Below, piece after piece: positions 51,701 through 64,000 of a DNA stretch of 64,000 nucleotides (positions are counted from its first letter, which is position 1; each line of letters begins with the position of its first letter). The notes under the pieces were generated by a model. That model did not search any database. It had not been told where the DNA came from and was given only the letters and a program-made list of their open reading frames with translations. Made by a program: the position numbers and the translations under genes. Source of the stretch: Azolla caroliniana (lineage: Eukaryota > Plantae > Polypodiophyta); NCBI GenBank assembly GCA_043228905.1, contig JBHGNT010000001.1:18476001-18540000 (forward strand), read 5' to 3'.

Positions 51701-53038
51701 ACAGCACACATAAAGCAAAACTGGAGGAAGAATATAATTACATTCCGGCGTGGAAAAGCGAAAGTATGAGTACCGACTCAACCACGATCCATTACCGGAA
51801 AAGAGTCAACGCCGCTATATGAGGAATGTGTCAACATGCTAGAAGGATTGGCGGAGGAAGAGGTCGATCAATACTTACAGGAAAATCCGAAGATCGTACC
51901 TTTGTTCGACATTGATGTAGCCGAAGCAGTATCACCGTACGTACTGCAACCGGACGGGACCGATGAGGAACCGGATAAAGAAGCAATTCGGGAGTTACTT
52001 CAAGCACAGGAGGCACTGGAAAAAGAAATGGCAATATCACAGCGCGTGAAAGCATCCCAACTAGAAGAGGTAAACCTAGGTACCATAGAAGACACAAGAC
52101 CGGTGCACATCGCCAAGGAAATGACCTCGGAGAACAAAACGGCAATGATCACACTCCTAAAAGAATTTCGCGATGTGTTCACCTGGTCCTACGAGGACAT
52201 GTCGGGACCCGATCCTCAATTGTATCAACACCAAATACATCTGAGTAAAGACGCCAAACCAGTAGCGCAACGACGTTATCAGATGAACCCGAATTACGTT
52301 GTCGCGTTGCTACGCGCATGCGTGGAGAACTAGGCGGGACCACTGGGGTATTGGACCGAGGAATAGGTGAAAGAAAGGGGAGAGAGAGAGAGAGAGAGAC
52401 GCTCACACATGTATAGACAAAGAAGCGCACGGGGACGTGGCCCAACAACATAGGAGACACGAGTTGAGCAGGAAATAGAGTATAAGAACACTAGTGTATG
52501 TATATAAATATATGTATGCAGACGACTCGAACAGTTACAACCGATCAGGTCGGCGAGATGGATGCCGACGCCTGATCACCCACGCACACAGGGGGGAGCA
52601 AGATGGAGATTCTACCGGAAGCACACAGGCGTTCCACGGAGCAGGATCAGCCTCTCGAGAACCTGCGCAAAAGAAGCTATGGAGAACGACAGAGAAGAAG
52701 AGCTTGGTCCCAATGCGACAGCAGTTCGTCCCCTCTAGCGCGCGATACCTTCTCTCCCCATCTCCCTCTCTTTTATAGCTCAAGGAGGGAGGCCGTTTCA
52801 CCCATTTACATCACATTAATTCTCTCTATCGAATATTGCTACCTAGGATTCGACTTTTGTGCCTACCTATCTACTATACAACAAGGGGCGTGCCCACGTG
52901 TAAGGGCCGGTTCACACACGCTATACACGGTTTGCGCCTGCGGACGGTTTTCTTCACGACATCCTCCCCCACCTAACCGTGCATCCACCGGTATGCGCCA
53001 AAATTGGGTTCCTACTGGAGAAAGCCGGTCCCAGTTTT

Positions 53039-56000
53039 TTATTCCTCGTTTACCGGTTCGTCCTCCGCCTTGGGCTGCTCGTAGTTGCTGTCCATGCCCC
53101 CTAGCTCCGGCTCACCGTCGTGTTGTTTCTTGAACGCTTTGATCCTATTCCCCACTACCGGTATCGTCATTCTCGTACCGTCGAGCTCTGCGAGATGGTA
53201 CGTCCCATTGTCGTTGGCGCCTGTTACTACGTAAGGCCCGAACCACCTCCTCGCAAACTTTCGCGTGGCCCTGTGTTGATTGTCGAGGCTCCTATCGTAG
53301 ACTAGCACCAGATACCGCATCTGTCCTACCCCCATTGGCATCTTCACCAAATCCACCATCCATTTGAAGTGGATGGTCGGAGGGTAGGTCAGGTGAAGCT
53401 TGTCCCGGTGTCGGATCACGGAGTGCACCTGACAGCTTTCGCAAGTTGTCACGAACCGATGCCCGTCCCGGTATAGTCCCGACCACCAGTACTTCCCCTT
53501 TAGCTTTTCGAACGTGGCCCACGTTCCACGGTGTCCAGCCCAAGGGCTATCGTGGTACGCCGCTAGCAAATCCTCCTGTTCCTCCTTCTTCGCCACCACT
53601 CGGAGCGGGATGTCGTTCCCCTTCTTCGGGTGCTTCCATATGTACCCGTCCCGGAGAAAGAATCGGTACGCTTTCTTCCGAACCCGGTTGGCCTCATCCT
53701 TTGTCCATGCCGCGTCCGGTGTCATTGTTTTCAGGAACCTGCCGATCTGCAGCCACTCCCCGTTGTACTTGCTCTCGTCAAAATCGTTAAGCGTTGGAGT
53801 GCATTATATGTACCCGTCCCGGAGAAAGAATCGGTACGCTTTCTTCCGAACCCTGTTGGCCTCATCCTTTGTCCATGCCGCGTCCGGTGTCATTGTTTTC
53901 AGGAACCCGCCGATCTGCAGCCACTCCCCGTTGTACTTGCTCTCGTCGAAATCGTTAAGCGTTGGAGTGCATTCCCTGCCGGTTGTTACGTAAGCCGCCT
54001 CGAAGAAGTCCACGCCGACTTCCTCGTCTTCCGAAACCATGCCGCCCTCGTTTTCGAACCTCGCCCTTGAAAGCATGTCGGTCATGGCATTGTCTTTCCT
54101 GGAAATGTGTCGTATTTCCGGATTCAAGGACTTGATGTACGCTATCCACCTGAGCATTGCCAGGTCCGGCGTCGCGCATCCGGAAACCATGCCAAGAATT
54201 GCCAGGTAGTCCATCTCGATAATTACCTCTATCCCGATCAGGTAGTCTTTATCGGCCTTTACCGCCAAAACGATACCCCAGAGCTCGCGTTTAACCTGGG
54301 CGTATCCTCGTTGTCGCTCGCTGAGGACCTTCGCGCTGAACCGGATCGGGAAACGCGTGCCGTCCTCGTCCTCTTAGTTGATGACCCATCCGATCCCGGT
54401 CAGACTCGTGTCTACCGTTACGTAAATTGGAGTGTCCTTTCCGTAGACAGCCTTTCGGAGCGCCGGACCTGCGGCAAGTGCTTCCTTCATCTTTCGGACA
54501 GACTCCGTATGCTCGTCTCTCCACTCAAAATTTCGCCCCTTTTTCAGCAACCCGTATAACGGCTCCGCGACGTGGGCGTAATGCAGGACCCATATGTGGT
54601 AGAACGCGCATGCTCCCAAGAACCTCCGAACCTCCGTGACCGAGCTACAGTCGTGCTTCGTCGCGGAGATGGCTCCTACCTTAGCCGGAGACAGTTTCCG
54701 GCCATACGACCCGCATAGGTGTCCGACGACCATGATCTCTGATTGCCGGAAGGCCGATGTTTCCCCGGAGAAGGTGAGCCTCGCGCCCTCTAACCTCTGC
54801 AGCACCCTTTCGCAGTCATCGATGTGCGTCGCCACGAATTTCCAGCACCCGTCCGGTCCGATCGTCTCGTCCTTTTCCTCCACCGGGCATCCCTTGATCG
54901 GGACGTCGTCCAAAAACGGCATGGTGATCTCCGAGATACAATCCCTCAGCACCTTGTTCATTGCGTTCACCATGTGAGCCACCGAGTTCGTCCCTCCTTG
55001 CGGTAGGGTACACATCCGTACTAGGCTGAGAGGAGTTCGCATTGTCGTGATGTCTCTACTCTCTATGGCTAGCTGGAACTGATCGTACCCCGAGTAGAGA
55101 TCACCGACCGAGTAAATCGACCTTCCGGCGAAGGCCTCCGCGAACTCGTCTATTGTCAGTCCGATTCCTGCGTTTCGAATGGTCACCTTGTTGACCGGCT
55201 GCAGATCTTGAATAAAGCGCAGCGTGCTTTTCTTCTTTGGCACGATAAACCACCGATTCAAGTATGGGGCAGTTGACGGTTCGAGGATGCCCATCTCAAC
55301 CTTCTGCTTTAACAGCTCCATCAGCTTCGGGATGTGAGCTCTGAGTACTGGAATCGGTTTGAGACTCCGCGGCACATGCGATACTGTGAATATCACCATC
55401 GGTTCCACAACTGTCGGGTCTACGCACCCGATCTCCTCTGGTGAGAATGTGAAAGCCTTCTCGTGCCTTCCGAGCATTCCCCGAAACCGGTCCTCTTCCG
55501 CCAGCAGTAGGAAGCCGCCCCCACTGATTTTGAGCTCACGTAGCATTATGTCGATGAACGTGTGTCCTATGCGGGCCGGATTTCGTAAACTCGGGTCCGA
55601 CGCAACCCCCTTTATTCGCAGCTCGCTGCCCTCCGGCAAGGGAGCCGCGACTGGCCTCACCTTTTGGTCCACAGTCTTGTACCTCGTGTCCACCCGGGCC
55701 GTCTGATCCGACTCGAGCCCTCTACTGAAGTCCGCAATGACTTCGTACATCCTTTCCAAACATACCAGAATCGTCTGGTCCTCTTTAAGGACTCCTCCGA
55801 CTACCTCTCGCAGCTCCCCCAAGGTATCGTCGAAAGAGACCGCCTCCACAGCTCCGTTGATTTCCTCTCCAGGGCCGAGGATACCACATGCCCGAAGTTG
55901 CTCCTCCACCCTTTTCTTCTTCCGGCCAACGACGTCGACTATCGTACACCCTCCGTTGTCCGAGAACCAAAATTTCCTACTTATAGTATAGGTCTTCTTC

Positions 56001-56080
56001 GCTATCGTACACTTGTGGGGTTTTCTCGGAGTGTCCGAACTATCGCGGCCCCACGCCTTGATAGCCCTCTCTAAAAATCC
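53039..56080 (-). pseudogene. Element G pol, disrupted
   Basis: PQGGTNSVA, FLDD, HHCC, fused MRYLVLVYDRS junction, 168-bp tandem duplication at about 53640-53975. Confidence 0.92.
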
Positions 56081-58159
56081 TCTCGCCTTTCGCCCCCGAG
56101 GGTCTCGCGGTTCCGCTCATGGTTCGGTCTCACTGTCAGGAAATGGACCGAGTGACGCCCATCCTAGCTCTTGACCCTTGCATAGGCCGAGCCATTGTCC
56201 AACACCTTGGTCTCCATCCGTGATGCCATGATGTACGGTTCTCCTAGTATAACCGGATGTGAGGACGTCTCCTGCACGAAGAAGTGTTGGTCAATCTCGA
56301 CATCGCCGATCTTTACTCGTACATTCGGGCAGGCTCCATGCAGTTCTTCGGTGGCACGCGTCGCTGCCCATATTTTCCACCCGTGCTTGGTGTTGATCGG
56401 CCATTTCCCCTTCTTGTAGAAGTCCATGGACATCAAATTGATTTCTGAACCGTGGTCCACCAACGCCACCACCGGTTCATGAACATCTCCAATCTTCACG
56501 GGGGTCTTCGTGGTCGCTCTGGCCCAGTGCAGCCTCGAATAGTGGCTCTCCGCCAACTCGTCTTCCAACGCCATGTCCTCTATGTGCGTCGTCCGCACCT
56601 CCACCGGCTTCTCCAGTTCTATCTCCGTCAACAGCCTCTTCCTCTTCACCAAGTCTACGATGGAGTCGTGGAACTCCTTCTTGGCGATCCTGCGCACTTC
56701 CCTCAACGACAGTTCCACCTTGCTGTCGAGGATTCGTTCTTCCAGGACCTTTCGCAGGTTCGTGGATCTTTCGATTTCTGTGCCCAGCCGGTACCCTCCC
56801 TTCTTGGGATTATCCTGGGCGCCGATTACACCGGCCTCATTCCGCCTTTGCCCGAATCGAGTTTCATATCGTTGCGAGGGCCCAGCCCCTCCGGTTTCCC
56901 CTACCCGCTTGTCCTCCACCAGAGCCTCGTAGTTTTGACAAGCGGCTTCAACGAAGCCCGTCTTTTCTTCCACCGGGTCACTCCACCCGGTTACCTCCCG
57001 GACCCGTTTTTCCACGCGGTCCGCCTCTTCTTTCCTTATTCGTGCACCGGCTAGGCCTTCTAGCATCGTCGGCCAAAACCCGGCTTTGTTCGTCTTCGGG
57101 GCCTCGCCACCTCTGACCCGAATACCAACTGATGCCGAGTAGTGGACGGTCTCCGCGTGGCGAGCCGCCGCCTCCTCCATCAGCCTTTTCATACCTCCTC
57201 GCCCGACGTTCAGGTCCAGGGCCCTTCGGATCTCGCTGGCGTGCACCCGACCGTTCCACAGGTTCACCACGTTGCTTCTCATCGCCTCGGCGAAGTTCCC
57301 GCAGTCCTTCCGGATGTGGCCAACCGTGTCACACCACATGCACCTGTTTCCAGCCAGAGGTCGTCGGTCACGAGCCTGATCGCCACCATCCCTCCGTGCC
57401 TGGGCAATCTGGAGATCCTTTACCATCCGCGTCAGTTCCTCTAGAGATGCTCCCCCGGACGAGCCCTTGACCATGCCGGTCGAAGCCGATCCGGTCTCGA
57501 GCCAATCTCGGGTCTCTTTCCTTCGCGTCGATGGTGTTGGCTCGAGCTTCCTTGATGCGACAGAGCCCGCCCCTGTCGATCCTTTGTCAACCCATTCCTG
57601 CCGTTTGTCGAAACGGCCACAGACCCTCTTCACCACGGCCCAATCGGCCATCAGTCTCCAATAGGAGGCCTACTTGCTCCCGATCCCGCTCGTCAACTGA
57701 CTTAACAAACAATAGGACACGACTTGTGTCCAGAATGGTCCAGTCAAGCACCGACAGGCGCGCGAAGCGTTCCTCAAACTCCCGGAGGAGCACCAACGTG
57801 TTCCTTCCTTTGTCGGGGATCTCCACCCACTCCATGAAGTCCCGCTTCGAAAGTCGAAGCGCATCTTCAAGCCCGTATTTTTCAAGGAGCCGACCTTCGA
57901 ACTCCTCCCAGGTCCGGCTCTCGGCCCATACCTCGAGCACCTCCGTATGGATGCCCGTCATCGCCACTCGAGGGAATCCGGCTAGACGCCTCTCTTCCGG
58001 AATGTTCCTCATTACCATCTCAGCCCGGTAGGACGCCAAGTAGATCGTGGCATCCTTCCCACTAAACCGGCTGATCGTACCGACAACCACCTCGATAGCC
58101 CTATCAAAGGCGTCGGTGCCTTCGCGTGCACTCACTATACGGTCCACAGCCGAAGCCAT
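56071..58159 (-). pseudogene. Element G gag-protease, disrupted
   Basis: MASAVDRIV, CMWCDTVGHIRKDC, LVDHGSEINLM; ends GGATTTTTAG. Confidence 0.92.
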
Positions 58160-59639
58160 GGCTTCTGCGAGGTCCGACCCCTCCTCTTCTACTCCTCTGC
58201 CGCCTGTTCACGTCGGGTTCACCAAAGATGTCGCGTTGCTACGCGCTTGCATGGAGAACTAGGTGGGACCACTGGGGTCTTGGACCGAGGAATAGGTGAA
58301 AGAAAGGGGCGAGAGAGAGAGAGAGAGAGACGCTCACACACGTATAGACAAAGAAGCGCACGGGGACACGACCCAACATCACAGGAGACACAAGTTGAGT
58401 AGGAAATAGAATATAAGAACACTAGTGTATGTATATAAATATATGTATGCAGACGACTCGAACGGTTACAGCCGATCAGGTCGGCGAGATGGATGTCGAC
58501 GCCTGATCACCCACGCACACAAGGGGGAGCAAGATGGAGATTCTGCCGGAAGCACACGGGCGTTCCACGGAGCAGGATCAGCCTCTCGAGAACCTGCGCA
58601 AAAGAAGCTATGGAGAACGACAGAGAAGAAGAGCTCGGTCCCAATCCGACAGCACTTCGTCCCCTCTAGCGCGCGATACCTTCTCTCCCCGTCTCCCTCT
58701 CGTTTATAGCTCAAGGAGGGAGGCCGTTTCACCCGTTTACATCACATTAATTCTCTCTATCGAATATTGCTACCTAGGATTCGACTTTTGTGCCTACCTA
58801 TCTACTATACAACAAGGGGCGTGCCCACGTGTAAGGGCCGGTTCACACACGCTATACACGGTTTGCGCCTGCGGACGGTTTTCTTCACGACAACGCAACA
58901 AAAGTCAAAGAGGAAATCGACAAGTTGCTAAGAGTGGGCTTCATCCGACCAGTAAAGAAAGCCACATGGCTCAGCCCGATATTCGTAGTACCCAAAAAGA
59001 ACGGTAAGATCAGAGTGTGCGTCGACTACCAGAAATTGAATGCAGCTACGGTAACGGACGCCTTCCAACTTCCATTCACGGATGGAGTCCTGGATGCTGT
59101 CACCGGTCATAAGGTGTACAGTTTTCTGGACGGTTTCAACGGCTATAATCATATCTGGATGCACCCCGCCGACTAGGAGAAAACCGCTTTTGTCACCAAA
59201 TGAGGAATCTTTGTTGCCGTAGTGATGATGTTCAGACTGAAAACGGCACTGGCAACCTTCCAGCGGATCATCATGGAAATTTTCGGAGAATTCATTTCGG
59301 CATTCATGCAAGTGTTCTTGGATGACTTCGTTGTTTATAGCCAGGAAGAGGATCACTTTCAACACCTCTGACTATGCCTAGTAAAATGTAGGGTTTACTG
59401 ACTAAGCCTGAACCCGGCAAAATGCGTGTTCACGGTAACTAGCGGAGCGTTACTGGGCCACATAGTAATAAGGACGGTATCGCAGTGGATCCGGACAAAG
59501 TAAAAGCAATCCTGAAGGTATTAGCACCAGCCACGGCAAAGGCACTAAGCCGGTTCTTAGGAAAAATTCGGTAGCATAGCCGAATGCTCCGGTATCTGGC
59601 AGACCTGGCTACTGTCATGAACATATACCAAAACTCCAA

Positions 59640-59710
59640 GACTTGTAATAAAGATTCGAACCCATGACCTCGTCAAAGATAATATGTAGCTTCAACCACT
59701 AGGATACATC
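59640..59710 (-). other. tRNA-derived cassette in the I LTR
   Basis: Minus strand TATCCTAGTGGTT...GGTCATGGGTTCGAATC with a canonical B box. Confidence 0.6.
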
Positions 59711-60180
59711 ATATTACATTTATTAAATTGTAAATTCTTATATTAGATCATGAAGAAATATATCTAATAGTATGAAACGTTGCCACCGCATAGGCTAACG
59801 CATGATTACCAAGTGTCATGCTTGCATGAATGCCAAGTGGCATGCTTGCATGAATGACAAATGGTGAGCATGTGTGCCTATGAGGTGGCGAGCATGCATG
59901 TATCCAAAGCATGCTATATAAACATATAGCGAACTATTGATGAACCATTCCGGTTCAACGCCAGTCTTCGGCGTACTCTTGTAACCATTGTTCTCATTGC
60001 TAATACATTTTCAATATCTTATTTCTCTCTCATTCCTCTCTTATTTTCTATTTCTCATTCTTTTCTTCATGTTAAACTTGTCTTTGGCTACGGCCCTAAC
60101 AGTTTGAATTGGAATACCTAACCTTCTTCATTGTAATTTTTTCTTTTCCAAGGAAGCTCTCATCCTATCTTCTCATAACC

Positions 60181-61308
60181 ATGGTAGCAGTAAGTGAACA
60201 AGAATATATGCGCGTTATAGGTGAACTTGAATGCTTGAACACCAAGTTCATGGCTTTGGAGCAAGAGAATCAAAGGTTGCTCGGGGATTTACAACAAGTG
60301 AATGTCGAGAAAGCTCAACAACAAGAGGAATTAACTCAAACGGTTCACCAACTTGAAGCGGCATTAATAACATTGCGACAACAAGCATTACAAGCACCGA
60401 ATTCGACAAAAGAACCCAAGATAAGTCTCCCATCGAAGTTTGATGGTACTCGATCACAATTTCGAGGATTTCTAAATCAGGTAAGTCTAGTATTTCAAAT
60501 GCATCCCACTCGATATCCAACAGATTCAGCACGAGTAGGGTTGGTCGGAACTCTATTAACTGGTACAGCATTGGCTTGGTTTGCGCCGTTACTTGAGAAA
60601 AAGTGCCCTATTTTGGATAATTTTGATGAGTTTATTAAAGAGTTCCAAGCTTGTTTTGGAGATACCGATAGCATGAGAACAGCTATTAATAAGATTCGAA
60701 GGTTGCGACAAGGGGATCGCCCAGCCTCATCCTATGCGGCTGATTTTCGCCTTCTTGCATGTGACATTCCTTGGGACGAAGAGGCATTGATGGACCAATT
60801 TCGTCACGGACTTCGTAATGATGTGAAAGACTTGCTTCTCACATTTCATGAAGATCCAAAATCTCTTACTGAGGCGATTAGTCGAGTTGTACGATGTGAC
60901 AATCGATTATTCGAGCGACGCTCTGAGCGTCAACAATGGTCTCGACCTCAATCAGAGCAAACATATGCATCGGTAACATCACTACCTACATCTGGAACTA
61001 TGCATGTTCCTATATCTAGCCCAATAAGTGGTCCTACTCCAATGGAAATTGATTCTACACGTCGTCGAGGACCTTTAACAGAAGCTGAAAAGCAGAGACG
61101 TCGGGCGAACCGCCTATGTTTATATTGTGGTGGTCTAGGACATATAGCGATAAGTTGTCCCCATCGACCTAGGCGTCAAGTTTACCAAGTAAGTGCTAGT
61201 ACTAAATTGGATCTCGATTCTCCAAATACATCTAGAAATCCTAATAGCCCTACACCTTCAAATCGTTTTGAAGTACTTAGCCAACTAGATGAGGTGTTAA
61301 ACGAGTAA
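60181..61308 (+). CDS. Element I gag (intact, 375 aa)
   Basis: N-terminal coiled coil, KFDGTRSQFRGF, LRQGDRPASSYAADF, CCHC knuckle. Confidence 0.9.
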   Translation: MVAVSEQEYMRVIGELECLNTKFMALEQENQRLLGDLQQVNVEKAQQQEELTQTVHQLEAALITLRQQALQAPNSTKEPKISLPSKFDGTRSQFRGFLNQVSLVFQMHPTRYPTDSARVGLVGTLLTGTALAWFAPLLEKKCPILDNFDEFIKEFQACFGDTDSMRTAINKIRRLRQGDRPASSYAADFRLLACDIPWDEEALMDQFRHGLRNDVKDLLLTFHEDPKSLTEAISRVVRCDNRLFERRSERQQWSRPQSEQTYASVTSLPTSGTMHVPISSPISGPTPMEIDSTRRRGPLTEAEKQRRRANRLCLYCGGLGHIAISCPHRPRRQVYQVSASTKLDLDSPNTSRNPNSPTPSNRFEVLSQLDEVLNE

Positions 61309-64000
61309 ATCCAGCCAAAATAGGAGCCATTTGGTTGGATAACCCAAAATTTGTAGAGTTAGTCCATAGTAATGGTTCCATTTCATCGAACCAAGTTAAT
61401 AGGGTTTTTGTCGCACATGTCGAGCTTAGTACCTCTAGATGTCATTAGGTCTTCGCATATGCTCTCTTAGTTTCCGGAGACAACTCTTGTTTCATGGACC
61501 GGAATTTTGCCTTGACACATAATATCTTATTAAAACCATTGCATTGTCCAGTATCAGTCACAGTAATAGATGGTCGACCCATTGCCTCTGGAAATATAAC
61601 TGAAGAGTCTGAATCAGTTCGTGTAGTTCTTGGTGATTTAGCTTGTGTCATCTCATTCAATATCATACATAGTCTGGAGCATCCGATTGTCCTTGGTCTA
61701 CCTTGGTTTGAGCTTCACAACCCCCAGATTGACTGGAGAAAACAAGTTATCCTAGAATCCAAGAAAAACCATATATCATATTTCCCTATTACTTATAACC
61801 CAAATTTAGAATGCCATCAGATCTCAACAATATCTTTGGAAAACTTACACAAAGAGGGAGACAAAGAAGAAATGTTTATATTTGCGATAATAACAATGCC
61901 AACACCAACTCAACAAAAGTCGAGTTCCTTTCTTCCAACCAAGTATCAAGAATTCCAAGATGTCTTCAATAAGGACAAAGCTGATAGACTCCCAGAACAT
62001 CGACCTTATGATTGTCCTATTGATCTTCAGCCAGGAAAAGATCCACCGTGGGGACCCATTTATAGTTTATCACCTATAGAGCTCAAGGTTCTTCACGACT
62101 ATATCGATGAAAATTTAGCTACTGGATTTATTCGTCATTCCAAATCTCCTGCTAGCGCACCAATATTTTTTGTCAAGAAGAAAGATGGATCGCTTCGTTT
62201 GGTCGTAGATTATTGAGGATTAAACAAAATCACAATTCGAAACAAGTATGCCTTGCCTTTAATACCAACACTTTTGGAGCGGTTGAGTGGAGCCAAATAC
62301 TTTACAAAGATCGATCTTAGAGGTGCTTATAATCTAGTTCGAATTCGTCTGGATGATGAATGGAAAACTACATTTCGCACTCGATATGGGCATTTTGAGT
62401 ATACAGTTATGCCATTCGGTCTTACAAATGCTCCTGCGGTTTTTCAGCATATGGCCAATGATATTTTCCGAGACTTCTTGGATATATTCACCATCATTTA
62501 TTTGGATGATATCTTGATATTTTCCAAGACTCAAGAAGAGCATGATGAGCATGTACACCAAGTTCTACAATGATTACAAGAATATGGTCTCTATGCTAAA
62601 CTCAAGAAATGTAGTTTTGATCGCAACCAAGTGGAATTCCTAGGATACATAGTATCACCAGAAGGAATATCTATGGATCAAGCAAAGGTGCAAACAATTC
62701 TAGAGTGGGAAACACCACAATCTGTGCGTGATGTCCAGTGTTTCTTGGGATTTGCGAATTTTTATCGCAAATTCATCAGGAACTACTCAAAGAAGGTGTT
62801 GCCTCTTACTCAATTAACACATAAAAACCAACCATTCATATGGAATTCTAGTGTTGTTGAGGCATTCGAAAGCCTAAAACATGCATTCACATCAGCTCCT
62901 ATTTTGATCCATGTTGACCAAGACAAGCCTTTTATTTTGGAAGCTGATGCATCAGATTTTGCACTCGGGAGTGTCCTGTCACAACCCAAAGAAAATGGGC
63001 TATTATATCCAGTTGCTTTTCATTCGCGAAAATTTGAAGCCGCGGAAATTAATTATGAGATTCACGACAAGGAGCTTTTGGCTATTGTCGACTCTTTTGA
63101 GCATTGGCGCCACTTCTTGGAAGGTTCTCCCCATCAAATCATTGTCTATAATGATCACAAGAACCTAACGTATTTCCAAAATGCTCGAGTCTTAAATCGT
63201 CGACAGGCACGTTGGGCACAATTTCTTACACGCTTTGATTTCTTGATTGTGTATCGCCCCGCAATACACCAGGGAAAGGCAGATGCGCTATCTCGGCGTT
63301 CATACATGGCACCCTGTTTAGGGGAACCTACTTTTGATCATGAAAAGCAGATCCTCCTTGGTCCTGATCATTTACAAGTGATGGTCACTAATGCTTTTAA
63401 GACACCTACGGACTCGATACTTATAAGTACGATTCGTACTGATCTTGAAGCAGATGAATTTGCCCAAGATGTCTTGAATCATATTATTCTAGATCGTGCT
63501 TCTTGTTCAAGGTCGATGAATTCTCATAAAGATTATAATCAGTTCAGTTGGCATGATAATTTACTTTTTCGAAATAATTTTCTTTATGTCCCTGATGGCC
63601 GCTCTCGACTCCTTATTTTACAACATTGCCATGACATGCCAATGGCTGGACATTTTGGAGTTCACAAAACATTGGAATTAGTTTCTAGAAATTATTGGTG
63701 GCCGCATCTTCGTAATTATGTTGAAAACTACATTCGTAGTTGTGATGCATGTTGTCGGTCCAAGTGTCCTCGACATCGACCATATGGTTTACTCCAACCC
63801 TTACCAGTTCCTGATGGTCCTTGGAAGTCTCTATCTATGGATTTCATTACTGATCTTCCATCTTCCAAAGGTTTTGATTCCATCCTGACTGTTGTAGATC
63901 GGTTCACAAAGATGGCACATTTTCTACCATGCACAAAGACTATTAATAGTCAAGAGACAGCAGATTTGGTTATGCGTGAAGTGTTTCGGCATCATGGTCT
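61296..64000 (+). pseudogene. Element I pol (PR-RT-RH-INT) in the -1 frame, several premature stops
   Basis: Decayed protease ALL(V)SG, VLGLPWF, YLDD, HDMPMAGHFG...CDAC, SMDFITDLP. Confidence 0.92.

Larger units (their letters stand above)
52300..58892 (-). mobile_element. Ty3/gypsy element G (A/B family), two LTRs, integrase core deleted
   Basis: LTRs at 52300-52961 and 58229-58892; TSD ACGT/ACGC; tRNA-Trp PBS 58207-58224; PPT 52962-52978. Confidence 0.95.
48737..59612 (+). mobile_element. Ty3/gypsy element F (D family): 5' LTR, PBS, gag-PR-RT; interrupted by G and I
   Basis: LTR 48737-49174 resembles the D LTR; PBS TGGCGACCA at 49182; gag and PR colinear with D; RT resumes at 58897. Confidence 0.9.
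59613..64000 (+). mobile_element. Ty3/gypsy element I, Tcn1/Tf1-sushi-like (chromovirus branch), truncated by the window end
   Basis: LTR 59613-60101 (TG...CA); gag with GPTPMEID and CLYCGGLGHIAISC; [15 protein letters not shown] and YLDDILIFS; RH EADASD and NYEIHDKELLAI; start of integrase. A chromodomain would lie beyond the window. Confidence 0.92.

Overview
Eukaryotic, almost certainly non-seed-plant (bryophyte/fern-like, inferred from the element types), intergenic or heterochromatic DNA. It is built entirely of nested LTR retrotransposons; no host gene is visible. I resolve about 12 elements or remnants with LTR ends, target-site duplications (TSDs) and priming sites. Deepest nest: Gypsy C > Gypsy H > Tnt1-like Copia (3027-25302, TSD ATTCC) > Gypsy A (6687-21989) > Gypsy B (14246-21226). 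C also hosts D (29187-39292) and E (40032-42698). F hosts G (52300-58892) and a Tcn1/Tf1-like element I (59613 to window end). Four observations stand out. (1) The C/D family has no polypurine tract; a tRNA-Arg-like 3' half ending in CCA sits 2 nt before the 3' LTR, i.e. a mirror-image second PBS, downstream of a ~970-aa extra ORF. (2) The TGTCG...CGACA family makes 4-bp TSDs centred on CpG. (3) The same family has a -1 frameshift signal (GGAUUUU plus a covarying pseudoknot) between protease and RT. (4) Antisense tRNA-like cassettes sit in the U3 of LTRs from two unrelated lineages. Element letters are my own labels. Family assignments and tRNA identities come from motif recognition and memory, not database searches.
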